A stretch of 64,000 nt of DNA from the human T2T-CHM13v2.0 reference genome, Homo sapiens. Positions 37,701-51,597 of this stretch are shown piece by piece. Position numbers and translations under genes: made by a program. The notes beneath the pieces are model-generated. The model made no database searches. It was not told the origin of the DNA and worked only from the letters and a program-made list of their open reading frames with translations. The stretch is from NCBI RefSeq assembly GCF_009914755.1, contig NC_060936.1. One strand, written 5' to 3'. Position 1 is the first letter of the stretch; the number at the start of each line of letters is the position of its first letter.

Positions 37701-39958
37701 ATTTAGCAGCAATCTATGAGGTGAGGAAGAGGGAAGTGGAAAACTCCCTAATGCACACTAGAAGAATAATTGGTCTTTAAAGATAATGAGAACTGTCAAA
37801 AGAGGAAATAGGTGAGATGCTAATACCATGTTACAGGTCAGAATGGACTTCTCAAATGTGATAACAGTATTCATTTTAAGAGACATGGGAAAATAAATAT
37901 TTTTACAATATAAGAAATGACACAAATATTGTCAGTCTCTAGATGTGCTAGCAAGAGGGTCTCTGGTCTGCCACCACCTGACGGTTTTGTTCCTACAAAA
38001 CTCCTGAGTTATCAAAAGTTGTGTTCTAAAAACTGTTGTGCCCATGAGAACAAAAGGGCCTTAAGACCTAAAGAGCTGTAAAAAAAACTTGCAAAAATAA
38101 AATTGTATTTTCTGAAGAAATTTTAATAAATATTACCTTAGACCCTATCTAGGTTTGGGTCATTAATAATGCTCTTTGTTTTCTCATCACTATTAACGAT
38201 ACCACCAGCACAGTGCTTCCGTACATTCTTACCATACTTATTACATCTATTATGATAAAGAAAGCAGCTGTCGTAACAGTTGCTTCAGTTTTACTTCTTA
38301 CATGAATGCATTGGCAATAAGACATGATCCTGATATAACCAATAATCTGTGTTTTGCAAAACATGTTTTCTAATGTATCAATCACATCATAGTCAATTTA
38401 GAATATGGAAATTCACTCTGTCAAATAAAAGCTGTCCGTAGAAGTAAATTGTTCAGCCACATACCCAAAATATATCTCATTCAGAGTAACTGGTTAAAAT
38501 TTGCAGTAGCTGCTACTAGATAGAGAAATCCTATGATGGCCGAGTAAACTGATATTTTAACAAATTCCAGAGCTCCCCACTCACAACCCTAAGCTTTTCC
38601 CAGAGTGGCTGATTGCAAAAGCTCTCAGGACACAGAAAGACCCATCGACCTTATCAGAGCAGGGAGATGCATTTTCCTTCTACTCTCCTTACTGTAAAAT
38701 TCCACTCCAGCCAAATATGCTTATAAAAGTTGGTTGTGCCTTATAAACTGCTTAAGCTTATAAACTAGAAAATACGGTAATGTAGCATAAAACTCTATTT
38801 AAGGCAAACATACTGTTACTATGAATCATTATTCTGTTTTCATTCGCTGTGTAGAAATGTAAATGAAAAATAACATACTTGGGTTATTTTAGGACCAAGT
38901 ATTAATATAAATTGTGAAAAAGAAGTAACAAAAATGATGTTGTCATTTTGGAATTTGGACATTTATCAACACTTAGATATCAGAACTATGTCATCAGAAT
39001 TAATTCACATACTAGGCAGAAATTTAGCAGATAAGAGTTTTAACTGTCTTTTGATTAAAAAAATTAGAAGTACATAAAAATATATTTTTATGTTACAACC
39101 AAGGACAGGCATGAAAATTAAAAAAAAATCAGCACACACAAAAGCAACCAAAATATTGAATGTTTCCCTAGTCACTGAGACAACTGTAACATCTGGGATC
39201 AGGTTTTTATAGGTTCTAGTATTTAGTTACATTCCCCTCCCTCTCAAATCACAGTCTAATGTGCCAATATCCAAGTTTGAAAAACATATTATGCAGTATT
39301 GACAAAATTTACTTGCTTAAGGAAGTCCCCCACCCCCTTTTGGAGGAATATTAAGCTTGATAAGAGTTCTGTTGTGCGATAGTTTAGGAAATTAACTTAT
39401 TAAATTCCCATCAGACTTTGGAGTGGCCCATGAGGCCATTACCGCCTTAGCTGCTTTTGTGTTATCAAACCAAACAGGTGTTTTTCTTAGAGCCCAGAAA
39501 ATGCAGAACATAGAATCTCTAGGGAAACCAGCTTCTATGGTCTGTAGCTGGTTACTTCTAAAAAAAACTACCCATTTTCTTGGGTCACAAGATCTTCTGG
39601 AAAGACTATGCTTAGCTCAGATTTGGTAACCTCCTTGCTGAACATACTGCTTATTATTTAGGTGGTGGATGACATCTGATTAGGAAGCACCACTTCAGAG
39701 TTAATGGTGGGGACAACTGGAGTTAGGCTATGGAGTGATGACAAGGGGTGATGGTTGTATAATCAGAGCTGGAGTAGAATTTTTTTGCCATAAGGAAAAC
39801 TTTTATTTTGTGTAGGAAAGCTAATTAACGTGCCTTTTAGTTACAGCAGACCCAAGACCTAGTCTGAATGGAAAGAAAACTACCCCTATTTCTCTGTTGA
39901 GGAATAAAATGAATTTGTAAATTGTCTACTGGCTGCTAGGTAGGGACTTGTTTGAAAA

Positions 39959-40517
39959 TGTACTTGGGATTTTGGTTTTATTCAGGTATGGCGGGGCCAA
40001 GAGATAAAGAGACAACTGCCACTGAAAAGATAGTTTGTTGCTCATAGTTCTCAAGAGGAGGGGTACACCAGGCCATGCAGGGCAACATGGGAAGTGCCAG
40101 GGTCAGTCAGGAGATAGAATGATCAAGGGCAGGCACAGACAGAGACTTTACTGTGCTTCTCACAGGAAGGAGTGGGCCAGGCAGGTGAGCTGCTCAGCAG
40201 TCTTCGGATTGGACAGTTTGAATAACTGTAGCAGGCTCTGGCCTATAGAGGTGGTCCCTCCTTGTCTAGTACCTGGCCCTAGGGTAATTGGGGCAGAGGA
40301 ATGCTGCCTCCAGGTGTGTGAAAGTCAGATATAGAAGGTGCTGGAATATGGGCTTTGGTTTGGTGAGTTTGTGTGTAAAAGTGGACTCCAGGGTGAATAG
40401 TTTGCTATTTTTAAGAATTGACTACATCTAGGAGGGGCAGTCTCTCCCTAGTCAGCGAGGGCCCAGATAACAGAGCATCAAGAATACAGAAAATAACAAA
40501 ATAATAGAGTTAATACA
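39959..40517 (-). mobile_element. MER74A-like ERVL solo LTR
   Basis: Reverse complement starts TGTATTAAC...TTATTTTCTGTATTCTTGATGCTCTGTTATCTGGGCCC...GACTGCCCCTCC; left boundary approximate. Confidence 0.75.
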
Positions 40518-40599
40518 GAACTCTAGAATCAGGAGAAGGGTCTAGGTGGTGAGAAATTTGAGAACTCAGCCCCAGCATCCTCTTTGCTAAACTCTAGTA

Positions 40600-41000
40600 T
40601 TCCAGGGAGGCTCTGACCTTTGCATTTGCCATTTTCCGCTACCTAAACTACTCTTGCCAAACATATCCCCATGGCTTCTTCTCCTATTTCCTTTATGTCT
40701 TTTTCTAAATAACACCTTTACAGTAAATGTTTCCCCTACCTCCCTACCTAAAAGTGTACCCCTCCCTACAGTTTTTCTGCCTTCTCTGCTTTATTTCTTT
40801 TGAAAACACTACTCTCTAACTTATCTATTTTACTTATTTATTTTGTGTATTATCTCTCTTAAATAAGTGGACTCCAAACTCTATCAAAGCAGGGGATTTA
40901 ATCTGTTTTGTTCACTTCTGTAGCTCCATGATCTTGAATAGTGCCTCTACAGGGTAAGAGCTTAATATATATTTGTTAATGAATGAGTAAGTGAATGAGA
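40600..41000 (+). mobile_element. L2a 3' end
   Basis: gcaggggatttaatctgttttgttcacttctgtagctcc...atttgttaatgaatgagt. Confidence 0.8.
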
Positions 41001-42799
41001 AGTGATGGTCAACATTCAACTTAAAGCTGTTTTCCATCTTCCATTCTCCCCAAGCCTCCAATAACATTCTGTTATACACACAACCTTTAGTAATAGAGCT
41101 CTGGACAATGAACCAGGAGTATGTCCAACTTGGGATGAAATGGTGCCGAGAAGGTGGAAGCTCCAGGAGAAAACGCTCTTATGAATCAAGAATTAGGCAA
41201 GAGCAGGAATTCAGAGTAAAATTGGAATAAAAGGTATCAAGAAGAATTGTAGGCAACTCTGCCCTTATTCTCAAGGGGGGCAGAAAGGGATTTGTATTTC
41301 CTCAAGCATGTAGTGTGGGGAGTCAAAATCATTTTATCTGAACATTCAGAGAAGAAGTGACTCGAGATGGCTAGAGCGCTGGGGCACACAGGTGTTACAG
41401 TGACATTGCAAGATGGTCTTAGGTAAAACACAGAAGCATTAAAAAAGTATAATAATAAGAAGCAAATTTGTTTTCTAAGTTAAATGCAATTCATAAAAGA
41501 AAGGAAGCACAGTGGGTTTTGCTGAAGAGTGAGTAGACTAGGCCATTACTTAGCGTTATTCTAGGTACTTGATGATGTTTTCAGTGCATTTCACTGATAA
41601 ATAAGAAACACAAAACCTCAGCATAAAATGTTATAGTTTGTGAGTCAACAGTACACGAACATGTGCAATAAATAATAGAGCAGCCTCTAGATAAATAAAA
41701 ACTCTGCTATTGTTTCCAAATGCTTGGCAAAGTTATTCTCTTTTACAAGATTCCACTTTTTTCCCAAGATTCCACTTAGAAGATTTTTTTTCAGCCAATG
41801 CAATACTTGCTTTGTTTTGTCACCTAATTTTTCAATCACCTAGCTCTAGCTGATAATAAAAGAAATGAATAATATCCCAAGTGTATGCTCAATTCTGTGT
41901 TGTATTACTAATGGTAAGAACTACTTGTACATAACAGGAGACCATTTCTCTAAAGTGAGGATAATTTATTTTTATTTGTGATATGACACATCTGCTGTAC
42001 ACCTATGAAACAAGAAAACACTAAATTTTATTGTAAAGCTTGCTGATGAGATACAATAAACTTCAAACATATTTCAGTATAAGTGAATTAAAGAATTTTT
42101 TTTCTCTAAGTGATACGGAGAAAATATTTAAATGTCGAGTATAGCCTTGTAATTTTTATGTTCACAGCTTTGTCAAAAAGATGTTATCTTCCCAGCAGCC
42201 TCGTGTTATTGAAGATGCAGACCTTAAATCAACAGCTGTTACACCTCCAGCAAGTTATGAAATTTTCCTGATTTATAGCAATCATTCTTTTTATTTCTTT
42301 TCTCAGTCAAGCAGGGAAATTAGGGTTATTTTCATGTAAAAGATGCACACATTGTGACTTAGTATTTTACATAATCCACATTTCTTACCTTTTAAATTAA
42401 ATTTCCATTGAAATGAATGTGATCTGAGGGCTCTTTTTGATTAATAAGAGAAATAGTGTTAGTAAATAGAAGGTAGAGACAACATTATTTACATAAAAAT
42501 AAAGTGAAGATAACACAGACATAATAACGAGAATCATTTTTATGATTTGTATTATAATGATAAATCAGAACAAAATGAAAATAAAGGCTGAAGAGATTTG
42601 GAGTAGTAGAGGAGAGAAAATAATGTAGTGTTATTTTTGTTGGTTTTAGGTGCTTTAAAAAAAATCTACTTTGTCTTAAATTGATCAGAGAAGGTTACCT
42701 TTTAATGAATTTAGGTAAACAACACTTGAAGTTAAAATCCACTTCTTAATAAGCTAAAAATGACCTGTAGTTCCTAAAATTTTTTGAGCAAATTAAGGA

Positions 42800-43410
42800 C
42801 AACTAACATTTATTAAGTCTTTGCAATGCAATAAATAATGTACTAAAAGATTTTCTATAGAGCATCTAATATAATACTGATAACTGCAGAGCTCAGAGCT
42901 ATTATGGTACCTAGTTCACTGGTAAGGAAATTGGAACTCAGTGTCTGGCACAGTGCTTAGACAGTAAAACAAAAATTCAAATCCAGGTCATCTGACTCAT
43001 CAGAAGAAAGTCTTCAACATATGGAACTCTTAAGTATTATGTAACACGAACTCTTGATGATGCTGGAGACAATCTCTGGAGAATCAAGCACCCTCTGGCA
43101 GAAGCGACAAATATAGAAACCATCATGTTCTTGATAGGGGTCTTCAGGGGACACAGTTATGGGTTAATGAGGTTTATTTTATTGATCCAGTACATACTGT
43201 TTCAGAGGATGCTATGTACCGGCACTGTTCTAAGAACTTTAAAAATATTAACTGCATGACATAGATATTATCATCATCCCATTTCACAAGTGAAAAAACT
43301 GAGGCATGATTTAAATAACTTGTACAAGGAAACACAGCTGACAAACTGTAGAGATTTGACATAAAGGAGTTTAGCCTTACAGTCTGCACTCTTAACCATA
43401 CTACGCTAAG
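42800..43410 (-). mobile_element. Two MIR fragments (~42800-43040 and ~43170-43410)
   Basis: cccatttcacaagtgaaaaaactgaggca...tctgcactcttaaccatactac. Confidence 0.75.
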
Positions 43411-43414
43411 GCAG

Positions 43415-43850
43415 CCTGTCTTTATCAGTCAGCTATTGCTTTAACAAGCCATTCCCTGAATCAGTGTCTTCCAACAAGCATATAATTTTCTTGTTCACAG
43501 GTCTTCAGGTTAACCATGGTTTGGCCAATCTATGAAGGGCTCAGCTGGATGGCTCTGTTTCCAATAGTGGTTCAGATGGCTTTCAGTCCAGGCTATAGAT
43601 TGGATTCAGGTTAACTATGTATGTGATTTCTGGTAGGCTTAGGCTGAAGGGTGAGCAGCTTCCCAGGGTATGCTTCTCAGGCAGATCATCAGAGCACTAT
43701 AGCCAAGCCCAAATTACACTAGCGTATTTAAGGCCTCTCCTCACAAAACATCTGCTAACATGCCATTGGCCAAAGCAAGTCTGGCCAATGGACAACATCA
43801 GTAATGTGGGAAGTATATTATTGCACTGGAGTGAGGGAGTACAAATGGGA
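43415..43850 (-). mobile_element. MLT1 (I/J-like) LTR
   Basis: atcagtcagctattgct...gggctcagctggatggctctg...acatctgctaacatgccattggccaaagcaagtc. Confidence 0.75.
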
Positions 43851-45480
43851 AGTTTTGAAGTGCCAAAGCAGATTATGAGTCTTTTGAGAAAAATATTTTG
43901 TGATGGCATGATTTTCCCAGAGCCACTTAGAACAGACATTTCTCTCTGGTTTTATGAAAGTATACTGTCTTTCTTCAAGGTTCAGAAGAGTCACATTTTC
44001 CAAAATTAATGTTCATCATTTTTACTGACCATAACTAGTTAAAGCTCTCCATCATTACGTAGCCTCATGGTTTTTCTTTTGGTATGTTTTTAAATATAAA
44101 ATTACTCAGAAAAAAACAGATGGAAGATGAAAGATTAAGCCTATTCTTCTGTAGTGCCAAATCAAGGCAGAGTTGCAGCTATACTATGAAAACAAGTATT
44201 CAATTAAAGATGTTATTCATGTGACTCACCAGTTACTAATACAATTATAATGCTTGTTGCAATGTAAAGCAGTTCAATCACATCAAAGAAAAATAACTAT
44301 AAATACAAAATGCTTATTTCTCACCTTTTTATTTGCAGGAACTTGAAGCATCTACATCATATCTTGTAGCTGTCAGTTTTCAATCATTATTTATGTCAAA
44401 TATATTATTGACTGATGAAAGCCAGATAGTCCTTTCTCCTCTTAAAACACTTAGAATAGTTGCTCTGTGTCTTGCATTTTTGACAAGTACTTTTTGTGTC
44501 AAAAACATATTATGCCATAGCATAAATCATTGCTTCAGGCCCTGCATGCATGATTTTCTAAACAAAGATAAAATCTGTTAGGTTTCTTTAAAGTGAAAAA
44601 AACCCATAAAACAAAACAAAATCCAAAAAACAGTATGCTGCATACCATCCACAGCCTTTTAGATCAATTTATAGTACTTGCTTTGCACAAGTATGCAGCA
44701 CATTTAATTGGGAATGTGGATGAGACTTTTTTTTCTATTAATAACATGGAAATAACAATGACAACTTTAATTAGGAGAATACATGCTTTAATTGATTTGT
44801 TATTTTCATGGGAATTTCTGTATCTTGTACCCTAACAAAAGAAATCTTGCAATGCTGTCAAAGCTTATATGGGTTTTGGGATTTTTTAAAATTTGGTTTA
44901 GATGGCCCTGAGAAATGTTTCTTTATTTTATGTCTCTCTCCTCTTTTAAGTAAAATTGTTGGTTCATGGGAAAGAGCTATTCTCTAGAGTTAAAGCAGCT
45001 GGTGTATCAATATCCATATTTTTAAGCTGAAATAGCATAGTGAGATCATTGTGGATAGAAAAGAAGGAAATAAATCAGCTTGTGAGATATTATCATTCAC
45101 TTTACATCATGAAAAACAAATACAGCTGTCATATTCTAACATTCACCAAAGATAAATTGAAAATGTATATCATTATTTAACATAGTGAAAAAAGAGAGAG
45201 TTTCTATGACTAAAAGATGTACAATATTTTGGTAATATGTTTTATTAAAGCAAAGTAAATTGGCTACTAGGTGGTAAAATTGCAGAGAGCTTATCAAAGT
45301 GCTGAATCAGAGACTCAATGTATAGAAAAAATCATAACCATTTAGGAGCAAACCATATATTGGGGTTTATTAATCTCTAGAATAACCTATAACATTGTGT
45401 GGCATTTGCAAAATATAATAAAATATTGAAGTACCTTTTTGTTTTCTCTGCACCTCTCATCTCTTTTGGGAAAAGGACTC

Positions 45481-45747
45481 GGTTTCCCCCATGCTACTGT
45501 TCTTGCATTGGTGAGGGAGTTCTCACGAGATCTGATGGTTTAAAAATGACAGTTTCCACTGTGTGCACTCTCTCTCCCGCCACCTTGTAAAGAAGGTGCC
45601 TGCTTCCTCTTTGCCTATGGCCATGATTGCAAGTTTCCTGAGGCCTCCCTAGCCATGCGGAACTGTGGGTCAATTAAACCTTCTTTGTTTATAAATTTCC
45701 CAGTCTCAGGTAGTAACTCTATAGCAGTGCAGAAACAGACTAATTCA
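45481..45747 (+). mobile_element. THE1D/MSTA-like LTR, 3' two-thirds only
   Basis: ggtttcccccatgct...gttctcacgagatctgatggttt...cagactaattca; 5' part absent. Confidence 0.85.
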
Positions 45748-46200
45748 GGGACTCTTAGGCAAACCAGGATCTAGGGACACCATACCTATGTGGGATCTGG
45801 AAAAGAGCCATCCATGTAGCACAAAGAGCTAGTGCAAAGGCCTTGAGGCAGGAGTGTGCCTGGCTGGTACAAAGTCCAGCAAGACCACTGTGGTTAAGGC
45901 CAATGAGCAAAAGAGAGGGAAGAAGAAAAAGAAGGAGGCCAGGCATTTCATTAGTGGCCCTGAAAGCCATGGTAAGGACTTTGGCATTGACATTGAATGA
46001 AATGGAGAGTCACTGGAGGGATTTATCCAAGGGGTGACATGACTTGACTTGTGTTTGAAAAGGATGGTAGAATGTAGGTGGCCTAGAATAAAAGCAGGGA
46101 TTTCCTTTAGAAGCCATCGTAATAAGTTAGGTGAGAAAAGATGGTGAGTGGTACTGGGTGTGGATGGTAGCAGAAGCAGTGGTCAGAAGTGGTCAGATCC

Positions 46201-46203
<3 letters not shown>

Positions 46204-46256
<53 letters not shown>

Positions 46257-46310
46257 TATATACACATTATATATATATATATATATATATACACATACAT
46301 ATATATATAT
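46204..46310. repeat. (TA)n microsatellite with CA interruptions
   Basis: Directly visible. Confidence 0.95.
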
Positions 46311-47452
46311 TTTTTTTTAACTTTTTTTGATAAATTATACTTTAAGTTCTGGGGTACATGTGCAGAATGTGCAGTTTTGTTACATAGGTATGCACGTGCC
46401 ATGCTGGTTTGCTGCACCCATCAACTCGTCACCTACATTAGGTATTTCTCCTAATGCTATCCCTCCCCTAGCCCCCCACCAAACTGGCAGGCCCCGGTGT
46501 ATGATGTTCCCCTCCCTGTGTCCATGTGTTCTCCCTGTTCAACTCCCACTTATGAGTGAGAACATGCGGTGTTTGGTTTTCTGTTTTTGTGATAGTTTGC
46601 TAAGAATGATGGTTTCCAGCTTCATCCATGTCCCTGCAAAAGACATGAACTCATCCTTTTTTATGGCCGCATAGTATTCCATGGTGTATATGTGCCACAT
46701 TTTCTTTATCAAGTCTATCATTGATGGGCATTTGGGTTGGTTCCAAGTCTGCTATTGTGAATGATGCCACAATAAACATATGTGTGCATGTGTCTTTACA
46801 GGAGAATGATTTATAATCCTTTGGGTATATACCCAGTAATGGGATTGCTGGGTCAAATGGTATTTCTGGTTCTAGATCCTTGAGGAATAGCCACACTGTC
46901 TTCCACAATGGTTGAACTAATTTACACTCCCCCCAACAGTGTAAAAGCATTCCTATTTCTCCACATCCTCTCCAGCATCTGTTGTTTCCTGACTTTTTAA
47001 TGATTGCTATTCTAACTGGCGAGAGATGGTATCTCATTGTGGTTTTGATCTGCATTTCTCTGATGGCCAGTGATGATGAGCATTTCTTCATGTGTTTGTT
47101 GGTTGCATAAATGTCTTCTTTTGAGAAGTATCTGTTCATATCCTTTGCCCACTTTTTGATTTTTTTTTTTTTCTTGTAAATTTGTTTAAGTTCTTTATGG
47201 ATTCTGGATATTAGCCCTTTGTCAGATGGACAGATTGCAAACATTTTCTCCCATTCTGTAGGTTGCCTGTTCACTCTGATGATAGTTTCTTTTGCTGTGC
47301 TGAAGCTCTTTAGTTTAATTAGACCCCATTTGTCAATTTTGGCTTGTGTTGCCACAGCTTTTGGTGTTTTAGACATGAAGTCTTTGCCCATGCCTATGTC
47401 CTGAATGGTATTGCCCAGGTTTTCTTCTAGGATTCTTATGGTTTTAGGTCTT
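46311..47452 (-). mobile_element. 5'-truncated L1PA (about L1PA6-8), ~1.15 kb
   Basis: Antisense L1PA 3' UTR; ORF 46651-47580 contains L1 ORF2 C-terminal residues ([26 protein letters not shown]); TSD agatccttRata at 46195-46206 and 47453-47464. Confidence 0.95.
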
Positions 47453-48374
47453 AGATCCTTGATAGATTTTAAAGGTAAAACCAGTGGCATTTGCTGATGG
47501 ATTTCAATGTGGACTGTGAGAAAGAGAGAGGAGTCAAGAATGACTTTAAGATGTTTTGCCTGAGCAATGGAAGGATGCAATTGCTATTTCCTATGATGTT
47601 AGAGATCATCGATGGAGCAGGTTTTAGGGGAACTATTAGATATATTGAGACATATCAATAGACACGAGATGTCTATAAAATAGCCAAAATAGTTCTCCTA
47701 AATAAAACTGAGATACTATCATAAGAGACAAAAGTCTTGAATAGATCAAGTCTGAGGACACAGCATCCATTACCTAAAGTAATGGATTACTTGTAGTACC
47801 TTGAGAAAAGAAAATGAACTTTGTCTGTCCTATTTTCAGTGAGCTTAAGCTAGAATTTTAATAGTGCTTCTTTTCTAAGTTCTCCAAATCTGTTCTTTCA
47901 ACAATTAGGCATAGAATTTTCGTATAGTTTTACTGGAACTACTTTTGCGTGTGTTCTGTTCTCCAAAAGTTCTTGCAGTGCTCTGGAGTGTATTTAATTG
48001 TTAACTTTTAAATAAAAATCTATGTGTTCTTTTAACACCCCCTCATTTTGACCTTCTGTTTTCTTAAAGTTTCTTTCACCTTTTTTCATTTTTAAATCAC
48101 TTATTCAGTTTTATTTTTAAAGTTATATGTGTGAATTGTAGAATATTTGGGAAATACATATGCACGGCAAGATTAAAATCCTACACCAAAAATAAAAACT
48201 GCTAACATTTTAGGGTATGTCCTTCTCACATTTTATATATATATATATATATTTGTGTGTATATATATATATTTGTGTATATATATATTTGAATATATAT
48301 GTAAATCAAATGACATTATATTGTACATTCTGTTTTTGTAACTCACCATTTTTACTTACATAAGGTCATCTTGA

Positions 48375-48795
<421 letters not shown>

Positions 48796-49074
48796 TCTCC
48801 AATCAATTTTAAAAAATAAACAAATTTATCCGGGCATTATTTTTTCACACATCTCGATTCAATCTAGAAATTTAGCCATTGTCTCAATTTTTAACAGCCG
48901 CAAGCCACTCTCTTACCTTCATTTGTCCATTATTGTGTGCCTATAGTGATCACTGGTGGTCGTGTATTATTCATTCCTCTCTTCCTTCTTCCTAAAAGGA
49001 CTCCTATTTGTTTTAATTATCCCCAATCCAACCCTGCACCCCACTCCCAATACAAGCAGCCTTGTGTCTAATCG

Positions 49075-50790
49075 ATTCCACTTAAAACAGTTAACATACA
49101 AGGACTTTTTTGGTGGGCAATACCACAAATTTTAATAAGTGTAGACTGATGTCACCACCACTACAATCAAGACACAGAACAGTTCTGTCACCTCAAAACA
49201 CATCACTGTGCTATCCCTTTGTAGTCACATACTCCCCTTTATCCCTAACTCCTGGGGACTGCTGATCTAGTTTTTTTTACTATCATTTCATCTTTTTGTG
49301 GGTGTCATGTAAATGGAATCTATATTGTATAACCTTTTGAGATTGGCTTCTTTCACTATGCATAATGCCTTTGAAATATATCCAAGTTGTGTGCATTAAT
49401 ACTTTATTATTGCACAGTAGTATTTATTATAAATATGTACCACAGTTTGTTTATCCTTTTGTTATTTATTCATTTACACACTGAAAGACATTTCAGTTGT
49501 CTCTAATTTGGGGAATCAGGAATAGAGCTGTAGTAAACGTTTGTGTGTGAGTTTTTGTATGAGCATTTTCCTAGGGCAAACACTCAGGACTAGGATTAAT
49601 GGCCATAGAGTAAGTGTATATTTAACTTCATAAGAAGCTGCCAAACAGTCTTCCAGAGTGGCTGAGTCAGTTTTTGTTGCCATCAGCAATTTACAAGAGT
49701 ACCTGCTGCTCTGAATGTTCACCTGCTTATGGTATCATCATCAGTCTTTTCGTTAGGTTTTTTTCAACGTAGTCATTCTCATAGGTATGTACTGGTCTCT
49801 TGTCATGGTTTTAATTTGCATTACCCCAGTGGCTAATGATGTTGAACATATTTCATGCATTTATTTGCTTTACATATGTCCACTGTGATGAAGTTCAAGT
49901 CTCTTGCTCATTTTTAGAGTTATTTTGTTATTGAGTTATAACAGTTCTTTATTTATTCTGGATACAAATTCTTTGTCAGATGTATAATTTAAATATACTT
50001 TCACCAATCTACACATTATTTCATCATTACATTTCAGTGTCTTTCATAGAACACATTTTTTAAAAAGATAATGTTCATCAATTTTTAAATAGATTGTATG
50101 GTATCAAATCTAAGACATCTTTGCATAATCTTGGGTCATGAAGAATTTCTTTGAATTTGGTTATCAAAGTTGCTTTTTTGAGCTCCCTCTTCTCCACTGT
50201 CTCCCCAGCAATTTATAGTTCCCTGCATTCCCTTTTTGCGGTTGGAAAGCTGGGGCTTTATTTACCCTGCTCTGCCACATTTCCAACTCCACGGCCAAGC
50301 CTCAAGAAGCTAGAGAGAGAAAAAATTAGTGGGGGTTCTTGCCACCCTCTTGGGACCACCGCTCCTCTGCTCAGAGAAGAAATTTATGCCAGAAATATCT
50401 TAAGGTACAGTATTCTTTTTTCTATATTTTGGACAAGCCCTCTGTTTTGGGTGCTGTAGGGTGCTGCTGCCATGACGGTTGCTGCCAGTAGACTCTCCTG
50501 CTTCTTGAGCGGGAAGTAGTGGGCTGCTTCTTGAGATGTTTCCATCCACACCAGTGTTCACATCTGGCTTTTGGGTTGCCTTGAGATCAGGCAGTGAAAA
50601 AATGGAGGGCAAAAAAGATAACTCACTGCTGGTCAGAGGTGATTTGAATCCCATCTCCTTTCCCAATCTGACTGGTACTACTCACTCAAGTAGTTACTTG
50701 CATTTTGTCCTATGTGTTTTGTCCTGGTTTTTATTACCGCATTCAGTGGGAGAGACAGGTTGGAGAATGGCTACTTCTTCTTAACCAAAA
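49075..50790 (-). mobile_element. L1MC/MD element: 3' end (~49075-50150) abutting a probable 5' UTR (~50150-50790)
   Basis: caccactacaatcaagacacagaacagttctgtcacc (3' UTR); right end cattcagtgggagagacaggttggagaatggctacttcttctta resembles an L1M 5' terminus. Confidence 0.7.
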
Positions 50791-51203
50791 TCGTAACACC
50801 CCATGTCCACTTCTTGATGGTGATTAGCTAAGGAATGGCATTTAACTCAACTCTGGTTAAAGAGATATGAAGGAAATCCTATTGGGAGCAGTCTCTGCAA
50901 AGTTTTATCACTACTAGGAGAGACACACAAGAAGAGACGCTCTCTTTCTTCTACTTCTGAAGGCTGTTATATCAAGATGTGACATCTGGGACTACTGCTG
51001 CCATTGTGTTACCAGCCTTGGGATACAGGCAACACCCAGATGGCAGAATAAAAACATGAAAAGAACCTGGTCTTTGATGACATGATTGAGTCTGCCCTAC
51101 TTCAGGACTTCCTGCGATGAATGCTACTGGCTTTCCCCTTTAAGCTTTTTTGAGGTTTGGGGTTTGAAGCTTTTACTTGCTGCCAAAAGTATCTTAAAGT
51201 ACA
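50790..51203 (+). mobile_element. MLT1J/K-like LTR (5' piece probably at ~48955-49070)
   Basis: gatgtgacatctgggactactgctgccatt...aaagaacctggtctttgatgacatgattgag...ttacttgctgccaaaagtatc. Confidence 0.7.
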
Positions 51204-51294
51204 GTATGCTTTTTTTCTACATTTTGTACAAGTTTCTTGTTTTTAAATCTGAACTTCAGAGAGTTCCTTCTATTGTCATCTATTTTCTTTCAAC

Positions 51295-51597
51295 CTGTGC
51301 TGTCCAGTTGCATGCAGTTCTTGAATACTTAAAATGTGGCTATTCTGAATTGAAAAGTGCTGCAAAGTGCAAAATATATACCAGATGTTGAAGAATTCAT
51401 TTTAAAAAAGAAGGCAAAATATTTTGTTAATAATTTTTATATTTATTACCTGTTGAAATAATAATATTTTGCAAATATTGGTTTAGTAATTATGCCATTA
51501 GAATAAATTTCACTTGTTTCCTCTTTTTGAAATGTGACTACAAGTAAATTTAGAGTTACATATGTAGCTCACATTATATTTCTATGTAACAGCACTG
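51295..51597. mobile_element. MER33-like hAT-Charlie MITE
   Basis: Inverted termini tgtgctgtcca...aacagcactg; ttacatatgtagctcacattatatttcta. Confidence 0.8.

Larger units (their letters stand above)
45780..47700 (-). mobile_element. L2 (pieces ~45780-46200 and ~47461-47700) split by an L1PA
   Basis: ggtaaggactttggc...gaagtggtcagatcc | gatagattttaaaggtaaaacc...gagtcaagaatgactttaag. Confidence 0.8.

Noticed and set aside
38200-38340. Possible minus-strand microexons (ag|...|gtaaga)
   Set aside because: Lengths of 14 and 28 nt, weak acceptors, no recognisable peptide
42168-42249. Possible + strand exon with GC donor (FVKKMLSSQQPRVIEDADLK...)
   Set aside because: Weak GC donor lacking the exonic AG; peptide not recognised
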